Shown: positions 12,187 to 27,249 of the stretch, one piece after another | Numbering within the stretch: the stretch's first letter is position 1 | Layout: each line of letters opens with the position of its first letter | Source of the DNA: Eledone cirrhosa | Lineage: Eukaryota | DNA length: 64,000 nucleotides | Reading direction: 5' to 3' | Assembly: GCA_964016885.1 (NCBI GenBank) | Contig: OZ024743.1 | Coordinates: forward strand, 314,278,001-314,342,000 | The notes under the pieces: model-generated | What the model saw: only the letters and a program-made list of their open reading frames with translations | Databases searched by the model: none | Told to the model about the DNA's origin: nothing | Translations under genes and position numbers: made by a program

Positions 12187-12520
12187 AAGAAAGTGAGTCC
12201 ACAGAATCATTTGATAAAATATATACAGTATTTCTTCTCCCAATCACCATAATTAACGACACAAAAAATCAATTAAACGAGGCTATAAGTTTAAAATGTA
12301 CCTATGAAGAAACAATTGATAAATAAATGATAGCTATTTTATCCGCGATCAACAGCCACAGAAGATTTACCTAGTATTTCTAATATTATTTCTGCTGATT
12401 GGGAGAAGAAATACTGTATATATTTTATCAAATGATTCTATGGACTTACTATTGCTCTGATTGTTGATTATTTAATTAATTAATTCGTCATTGATCCACA
12501 GCGTGAATAGTTGCCAAAAA
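12187..12520. repeat. Fold-back element with ~55-bp inverted repeat between (TA)n tracts
   Basis: AGAATCATTTGATAAAATATATACAGTATTTCTTCTCCCAATCA vs reverse complement at ~12397-12440. Confidence 0.7.
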
Positions 12521-13380
12521 CACATATATATATATATCTATGGCTCTGTCTAGTTTATATATATGTAAATCTATATATTTTATATGTCTATATATATATA
12601 TGTATATATATTCGTAGCAGAGTGACCAGTGGATATTTTAGTGTTTTTTTATTTAATTCTAAGTCTGTCTCTTCATGATTCTTAAAGTAACGGTCCGACA
12701 AATAACGAACGATGAAACGATGAGGAAGGCTTAAAAGAATATGTACTGGTGTTAAGTTCATCGACGAAATCTCATTAGTGCAGTGCGTTACCTTGGCCAC
12801 AATCTAATGAAGAAAACATGTAAAATATGTAAGTATATATGAATATAAATGTATTCTGCCTAATACATGTAAACAAATATACGGGAGGATAATCTCGGAC
12901 CACGAACTCTGCATTGCCTAAATCAATGTAATATAATAGACGTATTTGATTATTTACCATGTGTGAGCTGACAAGCTGACATAATATATTTAAAAATGAA
13001 GAAATATCAAGCCAGCACTCTAGTTGAATTTCACCTGTTCATTGAACTGAACATCAACGACTTTTTCCTATAGCAAACACATCAAGTCTTTAATGTCAAT
13101 TAATTGGTGAAGCATTGCAGATTCTGATATGAAACAAACCATTTATGAAATTGTCAAACTCATAGTGAGAACTGTTTCACAGTAAAATATTAACCCCCGA
13201 ATATCTTACATTGGACCTCGGATTCATATAATCGCAATGTAAATTTCTAATATGGATATTTCATTCTGTTGCACTGTATATAGGTGCATACATATCATAC
13301 ATACATAGATACATAGAAACATACATACATACATACATACATACATACATACATACATACATACATACATACATACATAC

Positions 13381-13990
13381 ATGGTGGCTGCCAACTCGTT
13401 TTCGAGTACGGCCACTACTTTATATCCATGTAGGAGAACCCCTACCGATGCGCTGATCGAGTGTGACTTTTTAGTCCAGCCAGCGACTTGAACACTCTGG
13501 TACAAACACTACACTAATGACAATTATTGACACATAGTGCTGGGCCCATGGTACCATGTCACGACAAGTGCAGAGAGATCTCCAGATATAAAGCATTTCC
13601 TGTGCCCTGAAGCTTTTATAGTGAGCAAAGGCACTGCACAAAGCCAGTCTCACTCTCTTAACCAAGATGATATTTACCAAAAAGAAGAACAAGTCAACAT
13701 CATTGGATTCCATCAGGGTTGCAGGTGTTATATCAGAGTTTTTCTTCTCCTAGAATTCTGCCTTGACAAAGGCTAAGGGGTCATCTCTCCCGGTGATTTT
13801 GGATGGCCATTGACTCTTACGAGCTCCTTTGCCCTTTGACAGGTTTTGTTTTTAGTCCTGCAGGATGTCCAAAGTCACCCCCCTCACCAAGAAACCTTGG
13901 TGGGGTTGTCAGTTGAGTCGCCAACCACCCGACCATGAGACAGGTTGTACTGGGATACATGTTACTAGTAGCACCAACTGTGACCTGACA
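13381..13990 (-). mobile_element. Non-autonomous element with RTE-like 5' leader (second copy 44755-45240)
   Basis: Shared CAACCCCACCAAG..CTTGGTGAG..GGACA.CCTGCAGGAC and TCTAGGAGAAG..AACTC.GATATAA motifs; shared 3' end GGCAGCCA.CAT; RTE link from memory. Confidence 0.55.
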
Positions 13991-14020
13991 TAAATACATA
14001 CATACGTACATACATACATA

Positions 14021-14300
14021 TATAAAACAGAGGATGTCTGTCTGTCTGTCTGTCTGCCTGTCTGTATAAATCCCTAAAACTCGAGAAGTATCCGACTGAT
14101 TTTTTCAAACTTTACACATCCGTTACTTATATTTATGGCAGTGCAATAAATATAAGAGCCCACATAAGGCGAAAAGCCTCATTTTGGGGCGTAACTTAAA
14201 GATAATCCAGCCGATTTCCTCGAAATTTACAGCACACATTAGTTAGTCCCTTTGCATTGCTGTGGACCAAAAATTACGATTCCATTGATGGTTTCTAGGA
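14021..14300 (+). mobile_element. Helitron-like 5' fragment
   Basis: TATAAAACAGAGGATGTCTGTC..ATCCCTAAAACTCGAGAAG..TTCAAACTTTACACAT matches the 5' end of 27438-28454. Confidence 0.65.
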
Positions 14301-14977
14301 AATTTACGAATTAGAATTGGCCATTACATGTCATTTTCATTTTCAATATAAACACTACTTAAACATCGTAAGTAGCGTATAATATTTCGTTAAAAATTTG
14401 GTTTATTTAACAGAGGACACAACACTTACTTACTTTTAAGTAGGACCATTTTGGGGGGATTGAGGAAATGAGGATGGCCTTCAAATGACCTTTTGTCGGC
14501 GCCCTGTTGATATTTCGTGCATTCATCATGCGCAAATCTGGGTCCTGTGTACGTTGTCGTGTTATTGAAACCGTAAACCTGTGCTACTTCTACTAAGAAC
14601 CCTTTTGTTCCACCCACACCGCAGTATAAACGCCCTGCGCAAGTACGCCGAATAGCGGTAGTACTAATTCCGCGGTCACCCCTTTTGTCGCATCTTTGTT
14701 GCTGTGTAGATGCAGTGTAACCAGTGCCGCCCAGCGTTTCTGCTAATTGCACTATGACCCTCTTCTGCTGCAGCTGCGTTGCCACGCTGATTTCGTCATC
14801 TCAATATCCCTACTCAAACGTACATCCCTACTTGGTTTTCACACAATTGACTACGCCGCTCCTTCAGATGATGTCTGTCCGGATGACTGGGTGCGAATCT
14901 ATAAAAGTCGAAAATTACCTAACCGATTTTCTCCAAATGGAAGAAAATCATACTCTAAGATTTAGTCTATATATGGT

Positions 14978-15043
14978 TGGGTTGTTATTTCACTGAGGAA
15001 CTGGAATCATATGATTCCAGTTCCTCAGTGAAATAACAACCCA
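14978..15043. repeat. Perfect 66-bp palindrome
   Basis: TGGGTTGTTATTTCACTGAGGAACTGGAATCAT|ATGATTCCAGTTCCTCAGTGAAATAACAACCCA. Confidence 0.9.
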
Positions 15044-15121
15044 GGAACTGGGCATATCAGAGTATTGACATAATTATACACCTCAACAACATATGTACTT
15101 GTCTATACCACACTAATTCGG

Positions 15122-15175
15122 ACTGCCTGAAGAGGTCACACCACAGATGGTTGTCACTGAGATATATATAGCAGT
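15122..15175 (+). ncRNA. Degenerate hammerhead (GAAA to GAGA)
   Basis: ACTGC CTGAAGA ... GAGATATATATA GCAGT; perfect stem I, palindromic stem III. Confidence 0.45.
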
Positions 15176-15220
15176 AATAAACGAAGCTAAATTTTAAACA
15201 TTTGACTTTTTATTTAACTT

Positions 15221-15310
<90 letters not shown>

Positions 15311-16330
15311 ATATATATGTATATATATATGCATATATACATGCATTATATATATTTGTGTGAATGTGTGTCTGTCTGTGTGTTGTAAGAATGTATATAT
15401 AGTTATATAGATATATAACTGTATATACACGCGAATATATGTACACGTACAAAAGCAGTCGCATATCGAAGGAGATAGATAGATAGAATTAAAAGATATT
15501 TAGAAAACTCTGATATAATTATAGATACTCGTGTGTATGTTTAGAATACCTGGATATTAGACCAATCTTGATATTGTTCCTAAAACTCTTATAATTTAAT
15601 CATTTTTTAATCCGAAAATTTGCAGATACAATATACGGCCATGAAATCTATTGCATTATATAGGTACACTGTCGTACGCTATGAGTTAAAGTCCCTTTAG
15701 TGTTGAGTTTGTCAGCCTCACTCCAGTGACAATGATAAAATATCCACTAATAGGATAGATATTTGTTTTGTAAACAGTAACTTGACAGTTATTAAAGTGT
15801 TGGATTAAATGAATCACGGTACTGAAATATCTTTCTGAACCAGAGTTCAATTATCAGCATGTCACGGCTGTCATCTTCTCAGGATCGATAAACAATATAA
15901 GTATTCTGGACAGGGAGGTGTTTGCCAGATTGTTAGAACATCTGGTATGATTCTTTGTGATATTTCTTTCCTTCTCACTGTCCTTGCTGTGGCAGATCCC
16001 AAGCTCTCTATGAGCGATTTGGTTTTTCCAAAAAGAAAAAGGCAACTTTACAAAACATGCGACATGAAGAGGAGTTTTCCAAATGTAGATTCACCTTTCC
16101 GCAAGATACAGGTGGCCCAGGATACACTTGATAAGTTATCAAGAAATATTAGTCTCTAATGATGTTTCAACGAAAAAGACGAGACAGTCTATCTCTCCGC
16201 GAAATACCTCCCAAATATGGATGATATTTGGATGTTAGGATATAAACTCCTATGATGAAAGCCTTGTATGTGTGTATCTATGTTTGTTTGTGATTGCATG
16301 TGAATTGATGTACTATTACAAAGTCATCAG

Positions 16331-16384
<54 letters not shown>

Positions 16385-16413
16385 CACCAAGTGTATGTCA
16401 TTATGTTAACATC

Positions 16414-16471
<58 letters not shown>

Positions 16472-17082
16472 TTAACATAATTGTTTCTAGTTTAGGCACA
16501 AGGCCAGCAATTACCCAGTGCATTACTGTTAACATAATGAAATACACTTGGTGATTCAATGCCACAATTTGATTGCCTGGTGTTGAAGAATCTACTTGAT
16601 TGAAAGAGTAATTTAAAATGTCGCCGGTTCTGCGAAATATCAAACTATTTTACAACCTTGCATTTAAATTAATATTACAAACTGCCGAATAAGATGAAAT
16701 CTAATGGAATATAATATGTTGCATGAGAAACAAATTAAAAATAAACAAAGATGATTCGTAGCATTCATTTTAAAGTTAACAAAATCAAATATGGACGAGA
16801 TTTAGCTGAAAGCGATTACATATTTGCAATATTACCATTAACCTCTACGTGTAGATCTTATCGTAAATTTAAACTTATAAAATGACTGTACAGTTCGGCG
16901 TTTTATATTGTATTATATATATATATATGCATACGTTTTACGCTGGTTTCGTACTTATATAGATTTATATTTCAATACCATATGATAAAGAGGTATATTT
17001 GCGGAGAAATATTATAATTCAATGTATCTAACATCTAATGCCGGCTGCATTTCAAAATATTTCTTGAAACCATCACCATCAC

Positions 17083-17161
17083 CTTCTTCTTCTTCTTCTT
17101 CTTCTTCTTCTTCTTCTTCTTCTTCTTCTTCTTCTTCTTCTTCTTCTTCTTCTTCTTCTTC
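17083..17161. repeat. (CTT)n microsatellite
   Basis: Direct. Confidence 0.95.
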
Positions 17162-18016
17162 ACAGAAACACTAGAATTAACTAGTTCTTCATCAAATATA
17201 TAATACGAAAAATATGAAAATTTCTCATATTGTTTACATAATTTTCCCACGCTTTCTTTTAAAATAGTTATGACTCAACTTAGTTGCCTATTAACATGAA
17301 TGGTTTTTAATACTTCCTTACACTGAGCTGTTTACTAATTACTTATTGGTATACTTCTACCTGGGACTGTTATTCGTCAACATCCACCCGTTTCTATTGT
17401 TTATTTATGTATTCTAAATGAATATGTCTCTATGTATTGTTTCTTTATACGTACGTTAATCTAGGCTATATATCACGAATCTTTTAATCCTCAGTATATA
17501 TTGATTCAAATTTTCAATGTATTTTTGTATTAGATCTAAGCGGAATAGATTTTTACTGTCTTCTCAATTTTTGCCTTCCTTAGATATACATATCCTTGAT
17601 AACCTTTTGTGATTTAACATTAGCTGTTAACGTTGCGTGGCTTAGGGGTTAGGGAATTCGATTCAAACACCTTGAGCTTGAGAATTCGATTCCCGGACAG
17701 GGTGATGCTTTATACCTTGAGCAAGACACTTTCTGAATGAAGTTGCGACTGGTAGATAATATCAGCAATAGAAAGACCAATGGAAACATTGTTTCTTATG
17801 TCCAATTTGACGACATCCACCTCACGCGGTATGAAAATGAGGGGTAGGATATTGTTAATCAACTTCCTTCCAATTGGTTGTTTACACATAGGCTCAGTTA
17901 TCCCTATTTACTCACAGTATTCCTAACTCTAGTTATTTATACTTTCTGTCTTTAATGATTTTCTTACGTACCCGGATGGATATGGATGCATAAGTGTGTC
18001 TGTATATATATGAATC

Positions 18017-18069
<53 letters not shown>

Positions 18070-18071
<2 letters not shown>

Positions 18072-20070
18072 ATATAGTTATGTGTGTTTATGGGACTATT
18101 TATTCACCTCGTGCTGAGGGTTAATTCGAGAACATGGTTAGTAGAATGTCGTGATATATTTTGTAATCATCTACATGCATACCATGTAGATCTCTCAGAT
18201 TCTTTCGCAGCCTATTAAAAAACTGGGGACATTTGAACCCCAGGCTATTGCAGTATGTGATCCTTATTGTTGATGCGACGGATAGGCGCTTTGGCACTAT
18301 ACAATGCCCTTTTGGCTTCAATAGTGAATTTTGGCTCTAACCCTTCCAGAATCTTCCATACATATATCATTGCGTATCCCTCCCGTCTTCTATTCAGGGA
18401 GCTTTAGTTTTTCCAAACTCTGTCAGTAGTTCACCTCTTTCATGGAAGGAATCCTTTTTGTTTATCTTCGTTGGATTGTTTCAGTTTCTGCTGTTAGTTT
18501 GACACTGTGGGGCGACAGCATCTGAGAGCAATTGTCCTGTCGGCGGAAGTGGAACCTCCTACAGTGGACTAACATGGTTTCCCGTTCTCTTGTTTTAAAT
18601 GTCCTTAGAATCCACTCCGCCAGTCGTCTGCACATTGCCGTCATTTTATTGATGTGCATCAATGTTCATGTCAACACCCAGGTCTCGTATTCCTACTGGA
18701 CCAGTGTATCTTTCTTATGGTGATCCTATTTCTGCGGACTGATAGCAAAGGGCTTGAATCATACCTGCATTAAATTGCATATTGTTGGTTTCAGCCCATC
18801 CATCTATGGCATCTAAATCTTGTTGAAAGAGAGTACCATCAGTCGGTCTCTTGATTGCCTGTGCTTCTTTCGTGTCCTCTGCATAGCGTGCGAGGGAGGC
18901 TGTCCGTAATACAAAAGGCATGTGTGAGAGAGCCTCCACAAACTGTAGTGGTCCCAAGACGATTCCCTGGAGCACACCGCTTGTTATTGCCGTTTCCTTT
19001 GAGAAGGCCCCTTTGGCTTCAACTGTCTGGCTTTTGTCTTTTAAGAAGTCATGAATCCATTCACCTAGTTTTCCAACTATGCCAACGCTACACATTCTGA
19101 GACAAATCATTCCATGTTCAACCTTGTCGAAGGCCATCGCAACGTCGAGATATCTATGTCCGAACGGTCTAGCAGCTGAGTATCCATTCCTAATGCTCTA
19201 AGAGCTGCGTAAGACAACTTCTACCCGGTCAAAAGCTATGCTGAGTGTCAGTTAGAAGATCATTTTCCTCTAGAAAAGTGATCGGTTGTTTTCTAATGAT
19301 TCGTTTCATGCCTTTGCGGATATGTGAGGTCGGGGAGATAGATCTGTAGATTTTAACATCTGTTCTGCTTCCTCCTTTATGGATATGGCATATTATGCCT
19401 TCTTTTAGTTTTCCGGTTAGTTTACCACATGCACGGGATGATTGGAAGAGGATCTGCAGTGGTTTTGCTAATGTTTGCTTGCACGATTTTAGGATTTGAT
19501 GGGAAACCACCAGGGCCAGCTGCCGAATTTGACCTCATTTCGTTTATGGCTGATGTTACAACATTCAGCTTTATAACTATTTGGTTGATGGTGTAATTTC
19601 TCTGTGTAATGCAGTGGTGTTAAAGAACTCATCTGGCTTATTTATTTGTATGCGACTCATTAGAGAAGTGAAAACATTTTTTTTATTGTTGTTTCAGTTC
19701 CTCACTGATATGTTGGGAGAAGAGGGTCTGCGGTAAGTAAGCTACTTATATGGAAAAGTGTAACGAGTCGGTCTCTTTTGCAAATTTAAAGAAGGCCTTA
19801 GAGTTCGCCTTTATGTTTTATATAGCCCCGACTTCTCTTTCTGCTCTCTTTGTTTCATGGCAGATTTTGAGTTACTTTTCAGTTTGAAACAATGCCTGCT
19901 TCAAATGGGATTCCGTTGCATTCCTTACTTGTGTATGTAGCTTGTTTGAGACCTTCGTTATTTTTCTCATAAGGATTCTCCTGTCTCTGGGTACCATAAT
20001 CTTGTGTTTGTTGGCCATTATTTTCGGGATAATCTTGAAGTATATGGCTTGCATTATTTCCATTAATTAG
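18070..20070 (-). mobile_element. Decayed CR1/L2-type LINE, RT region and 3' end
   Basis: LAKPLQILFQSS..HKGGSRTDVKIYRSIS..QHSF; AFDKVEHG..GKLGEWIHDFL..SGVLQGIVLGPLQF..YAEDTK..LFQQDLDAIDGWAETNNMQFN; WILRTFKTRE; many frameshifts. Confidence 0.9.
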
Positions 20071-20179
20071 TCAAGTTGTATGTTGACAGATAAAAATTCT
20101 TACATCAGTTAATGATTTGTAATATTTCGACACTAATTTCATTAAATACATAACTATGAGCAAAATGTAATAAATAGTA

Positions 20180-20265
20180 ATATTTGTTTCTACTATTGGC
20201 ACATGGCCAGCAATTACCCAGTACATTACTGGTACTTTATTTTATCGACCCCGTAAGGATGAAAT
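20180..20265 (-). mobile_element. SINE 3' fragment
   Basis: TGTTTCTACTATTGGCACATGGCCAGCAATTACCCAGT..ATCGACCCCGTAAGGATGAAA. Confidence 0.8.
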
Positions 20266-21482
20266 AGTAATAATAATGATAATACTAACAAAAATAATAA
20301 TTATATTGATAATACAAGCATGAGGAAAATACTTATACTCGATATCTAGTATGTATTTAAATAGGTATGTATCTCATCGTAAAATTAAAGTATCAGTTTT
20401 AAAGAGAAATCCGTGAATTCGAATACAGAGAGCATACCATGTTGCTATTTTAGTGACAACATATTTACAACTATAGAACCCAGAACGTTGGACTAACTAT
20501 AAGATATCATATTTGAACCCTAAACCTTTTGCCACTTCACCGCCGTCAAGGTTTAAAGCATGTCGCAAGCTCAATAGGACTTTACTTCTCCGGGTTTCGT
20601 TAACGTTAAACATCTTACAGTACATCATTTCATACGGGATATGAAGGTCCAATGTAGGTTAACTCCATCGACTGCTGCTATTGTTTATTTTCATTTTAGC
20701 TGAGTGGATTGTAGTAATGAGAAATGGAATGCCTTGCTCTAAGATACAACACAACGATCCGTTCGGTAGTTCCCGGTTTCATCGTTGATTATCGCAGGAA
20801 TATCCCACGACTGCAGGGCCAGGAAAACATTCGTTTCAGATTGAGTGGACTGGACCAACGAAAAATGAAATAATTTTCTTATGAACACAAGATGTAGAGC
20901 TGTCAAGGAGTCAAACCCACTTTATTACAATCTCGAGATCATAAACCTAACCATTAGGCCGCTTGACTTCACAATTCATCACCTTAAGATCCAATGAATG
21001 AAATCATTCAATTATGAAGAAATTACAAAATGTATACATTTATCTTGATTCATATTTTTTCCAGGATCCTACTACTCCTCCTTTATATAAATCATTGGAT
21101 TCGTGATGTTTGATGTTTCATCTGTCATTGTCTTTTAAAAATCAATTAATTTATTGTCTTGAATTATTCAATCAGTGCAACAGTTCCATTTTATATTATT
21201 TGTCTCATTTGTTTCTGTTGTTAAAAATGTGCCTATTGCCGGAGAGAATTTAATTTACTAATTTACTACACTGGAGAAAAGGAAAGAATTAGGAAAGATG
21301 TTATGCATATATATGGAGATATAAATACGCACACATTTACACGAGATATTTACATTTATATTTGTGTGTGAAATAAGTTTCATATAAATATGAATTTGCA
21401 TAAGTACTTGTATGTACTAATGTATACACAGTTATATCTCCCTCCCTCCCTCTCTCACTCTCACTCTCTCTATATATATGGA

Positions 21483-21560
<78 letters not shown>

Positions 21561-21599
21561 GCACACACACAGATATATATATATGTGTATATATATATG

Positions 21600-21633
<34 letters not shown>

Positions 21634-21674
21634 AGTGTGTGTATATAATACACACACACACACACATATGCACA

Positions 21675-21795
<121 letters not shown>

Positions 21796-22479
21796 ATCTT
21801 GCCATTTTATACATTTGCATCCATTTGGAAGACTGTTATCTTCGAAATGTTAAACACAAAAGTATTTATAGTGACTTCAACTGAAATAATTCTCACCATT
21901 TATTCTCCAATAGGAGAATACATTATCTGATTTATAGACAAAGAAAGAATTAGAGAGTATACTATTTAGTGAAACTGTAACCCAAGGGAGTCAAATTTGC
22001 AGTTAGCTTCTGTGAAGTATTCTTTTAATTTCTGTTTGTACTTAATAGTATCCATTCATACAGTGTAAGTGCATAAGCTAGCAACAAAAAAAAAATATTT
22101 TGTTTACAAACTCAGTAAGAATATTTTGTTTTCCCATTTAGTATTCGAAGGCACGTATGTGATGCTGTTCACACGGAGTCAAAATACCTGAAATAAAATG
22201 CTCTAATACAAGTACGAGATCAGCTGTTATATGATCACAACGAGACAATTAGTCTATTAAACATAAGCACTTTTTATAGGATCGCATGTACACCTTTATT
22301 CTGAACCAGAGTGCGTTTGTGATATGGCTAATTAATAGCTGTATCTTTCAGAGTAAAAAGGAGAGAATATCTGAAGATAGATGTTGTGTTACTATATATC
22401 ACTATATATTACTATAATATATTTATATTTAACATATTGTGTTTTTGAGATAATACACAATTTATTATTTCTTCAGTTT

Positions 22480-22662
22480 TGATTGGCAGTATCAGTAGAG
22501 GGTCGGACGCCATGCTTTCCAGCATAGTTACTTCCCTTTACGATCTGAGTTCAAATCCCACCGAGGTTGACTTTGCCTTTCATCCTAACAGGGTCGATAA
22601 AATAAAGTACCAGTAATGCACTGGGTAATTGCTGGCCTTGTGCCTAAAGTAGAAACAATTAT
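22480..22662 (+). mobile_element. tRNA-like SINE
   Basis: GAGTTCAAATCCCACCGAGGTTGACTTTGCCTTTCATCC...GTAGAAACAATT; ATTATTTCTTCAGTTT on both sides, possibly a target duplication. Confidence 0.85.
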
Positions 22663-22894
22663 TTCTTCAGTTTGGAATTGTGACTATAATGTGGTTGTAG
22701 TTTCATGTTCTTGGAAAACAGAAAGGTATATGTGTTAACTCTTTGTTTATGTCCAGTAAGTTAGCGCTTCGACAAAAAGAGATCAAAAATATAAGTACGA
22801 GTGTTGATATAATCGACAAAACCCCTTCAACCATTGTAAGGAAACACTTAGATATTAGAGAGTATTTGATGTTGAGTGAATATATATATATATG

Positions 22895-22927
<33 letters not shown>

Positions 22928-23099
22928 TGATTTGCTTTTCTGATCAAAACTGCGACAAAGCTGGCTGTTGTGAGATCGTAGACTTGTGAGTGTGTGGGCG
23001 CGAGTGGGCTGAGCAATGCAGGGAGATATACATTTGTATGAGAAATTCTGCATATACATACAGACAGACAAGTAGAAACAGTAGCAAGGATTGTAGAAA

Positions 23100-23936
23100 C
23101 TGAGACAGGTGGCAAATATGATTGTCGCCCTGTATCATATCGTGGATATAGCCGTTTAGAGAAACTATTAAGCTTCCGGTACAACGATATGGCTGCACAA
23201 CTGCAGACGACTGATCTACGAAAGGGCCTAGAGCCGGGAAGTGGTGTTGGGGCGGAATAAATGCTGGTAACTATTTAACAACGATAGTGCTCCTTGTACG
23301 GCACTGGGTACTACGTGAACTTAGCCGCGTTTCTGAGGAGATATAAGCATATATGCATCATCGAGCGAGAGCCATGGAGTACACCATGTTATTGATATGT
23401 GATGCCTGAAGAAATATACAATCGGACGCGTATAAGTGCACACGTACGTGTGCGTGCATTTAAATGTGTAGGAGCGTGGAGGAGGAGGGACTGGGTTAGT
23501 TGGTGTTATTATGATCGTGGATGCTGATGGATGCGTAGTTGAGGCAATTTTTGTATGTGTATACGCATGTTGTGTGGATGGTTGGATAAATCTTCTGCGT
23601 GGTGGGAGAGATGGGACCAATTACGTGGATATGCATGTGTGTTAGTAGAGTTGATGGGTGACTCGGTTGGAATTTTCATATCGTATGTCCTTCACATGTT
23701 CTGCGAATTGGTCCGCTGCACAGCGGCCTGTTTGTACGGGTGTGAACAATGCTGAAAGTATGAACATCGCACGGTGTCGCTAGTGTTGGTATAGGTGAAG
23801 GAGTCGTAGATGTAAAAGAAATAGTTAAAACCTGTGAGGATGGTGTGGCTGGTTATAAAGGGACAGGTATTACAGCAGCGACAAGAGCAGGGACGGGAGC
23901 TCGGTGAAGGAAGGGAAGAAACTATATATAAGACGT

Positions 23937-23972
<36 letters not shown>

Positions 23973-24620
23973 GCGTGCTTAAAGGTGGTTATGTATGTGT
24001 TCTGAAAGAAATGAGAGTTAAGGGGTCAGGGATGAGTATTCAGAAGCAAAGAATGTTAGGACGCCAGAGCGTAGGGTAGAAGTGTAGTAGTTGAGGAGGA
24101 AAAGGCTAGTGTTGGGGCCGTTGTAGGTTAAGAACGTGATCGCACTGTCAGTGAACGGTTAATGGCAGCTTTGATCAGGATGGAGCGATATCCAGGCTGG
24201 ATGAAGCGAGAAGCCATGTGAGTGGACTATGTCTCTAAATCATGATGCTACCTGCAGAGAAGAAGAAGAGGGAAGAATTTAGAGAATGGTATGAAGAGTT
24301 TAGTGAGGGTGAGCTGGTAGTGGGTGAATTGGAGATTGAAGGTGGTATCAAGAGGTTTGTACAAAATGGAGATAGAGAGGGTATGGGAAATGTGGTTGAT
24401 AGACAGATGTTAAAGATTGGCAGGAATCGAAGACAAAGTTGGTGAAGTTAAGGGTAAGCGGAACAAACAAGATGGAGTAAAGGAAGTAGTCAAGCTGTTC
24501 ACGGGAGAAGTGACGGTGATGCATTCGATGATATAACGTCCGTATAGCTATGGGATGGGTCCAGTGCAGTCGTAGATCTAGGCATCAACGTCGCCAACGA
24601 ACAGATTAGCGAAGCTTGGA
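23100..24620 (-). pseudogene. Old, heavily decayed PLE (RT thumb + GIY-YIG)
   Basis: Manual minus-strand translation: LYGRYIIECI..REQLDYF, YKPLD..IPFSKF, THMASRFIQPGYRSILIKAAINRS, IYDSFTYT..DQFAEHVKDIR; resembles PLE RYIDDC / YKPTD / IPYSQF / RFAEH motifs. Confidence 0.7.
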
Positions 24621-24630
24621 TCATTTCTTG

Positions 24631-24746
<116 letters not shown>

Positions 24747-27249
24747 CAGCGTGCGTGCGTGTGGGCGTGTGTAAAATGTATACAGAAATATCAAAGCAAA
24801 CGACACAGTACAATGAGGAAATATATTAGTTTAACTCTTGAAATAGTAGGAAAAGTGTCTTAAAGTTTCAGACTCTAGTCGTTCATCAGCCGATAGAATG
24901 AGAAATAAAAATTGAAATAGAAATATAAAACGAAAATAGGAAGGAATGGAGAAAATTTCGAGAAAAAAACACGCATGCATATTAAGCCCACCATTGTTTA
25001 TTTATATATGCTGTGTACGTGTGCATGCCTTTATCCCCTAATCTAGGGATTCGACAGATATAATAGACTAAACATCTCAATGCGGATTCCTAGCATGCTC
25101 ATGCTGTGAATGAAAGTTGTAAATAATTAAAAGAATTCCACAGAACACGTTCATCATTCGAAGAGCTATATTAAACGGTTTAAAAAGAATATTTTATTCA
25201 ATATAATAAATGTGTATTAACATGAGTTTAAGCTCGTTTTTAAAAATAATTTTTTTTACAGAATATTATAGACAAGACAAGGGATATCGATGTGGAATAC
25301 GTCAGGTGTTATCAAGGTATTGACGACACAACATTTGATATTAAATACGGAAAATTCGTCAACATTAAAAATGACCTAATGAAAATATGATTCTGAAGAA
25401 AAAACAAAGCAATAAAGAACAAATAACCTTAATCCGAACTGGAAGTATTTCGCTTGTATGTGTTTGTATATACGGATGTATGTATATACGCTTGGGCGTA
25501 TGTATATCAGTATGAACGCGCCAGTATAAGTATCATTCATATTTCTATAGCAACTATCATATAATGTGATAAACAGAAACTTACTAAAAAATCGTGTATA
25601 GCAGTCATGAATTCGTGACTAGCACTTAGAAGATTCTATCCGTTTATTGTTTAAGACAATTGCTGCTTATATTTAACATTTTTATGTCACATTTTATGTC
25701 GTCATTCGTATATCTTCAGATATGTCTCGAAACATTTTGGTATTTTTTAAATATTAATTTCATTTGTATTCTTTCATACATGAAACATCACGAGATGTTT
25801 CGCAGATTTCATGTATTTTGAACCAAAATGTTTTTTCTTCGTTATAAGTAAGAACATAACACAATTATTTATCGTGGTTAGATGACAAGGAAACATGTTT
25901 AATGATTAATTTAATTTCATGATGTCTTCTTTTCTTTGAATAGCAGAAATCAATATTTTTTTGTAAAATAAAAAAATTAGAGAATTATATTTCTTAAAAC
26001 TTATTCTCACTTTTCGCTAGCACACGAATGCTCCCTCTCCTTCTCGTCATATATTCATATGTTATGTGTGTGTGGATGTGGTGTTAATTTGTATACATAT
26101 TGGTGCATACATTGGAACAGCATATGTTTATGAGACACGCTAGGCTCTGAAGTCATGTGCGTTTTTCATATTCGCACACTATTCAGTCTTCTGATATACT
26201 TAGAAGTGGAAGGATTACTAATTTTTACACCTACTGAAGAGCAGAGAGTTGGTGATTCCTTCGCTTAAAGCTGTGTAGGTGTTTCAGGCAGTTGCCCAGT
26301 ATAGGTTTTTTCTTCTTTTTCTTAATTTATTACTTTGAATTAAGTCTGGCAAACCATATTGTTATAGTTAGTATTTTTTTCACCCTAGTGAACTTGGTCC
26401 GTTAACATTCGAACGCATGTATGTTTTTATTTGTGTTTATCTCTCTTGTATATTCAATTATATATAATAACACACATTAATTTATCTCTGTGAGAATGTA
26501 CCGATAAATATATTATGCCCACACTGGCAGATGATCCTGCAGAGACCGTATTGTGTCAATAATGCGACATAAATCAAGTGTACTTCTTGTGCTAGTCCAT
26601 TAATAATTCCAGCATGGCATTGCTATACTTTCTATTAATTCTCCACCTATTGAGTACGGGTAGTGGAAACGCAGTCCATCACGTAGCATCCTTAAATATC
26701 AAAATGTGAAATTAATTTTTGAAAGATAAAACAAAGATAGGGAATATATATGTGTGCATGAGTGAGTGTGTGTGCTGGCGTGTGTATGTGTACGTACGTG
26801 TGAATGTGTGTGCTTGTGTAAATGTGGAGTATATGAAAACATATACAATATGCTTATGTACAGTAAACATGAAATTGTCTCGCTATGAAGGATGTGAGCT
26901 GTGATCTTGTCATAGATATCTCAATAGGCGCTGGGAACCTCAGACATCTGATTTTGCATTTTTATGTATCATCGGCGACATTTACTCATTCGGTACTGAG
27001 ACAAGAATAAGTTAAAAGCTTATATGTAATTTTTGTATCTCTATTGCAAAGGATCCTCCTCACCCATTGTAAAGCTGAATGTCTCTGAGATTTATGTTAA
27101 GAGTACACGTTTCTGTGGAATGCTAAACCACTTACATATTAGCTTTTTGTGTAGACTGTGAAGCTGGGACCCTTGTTATAGAAACAGACGCAGGTCCCTC
27201 ATAGACCTCTTTAATGAATATAAATAAATAATATTATATTATATTATTT

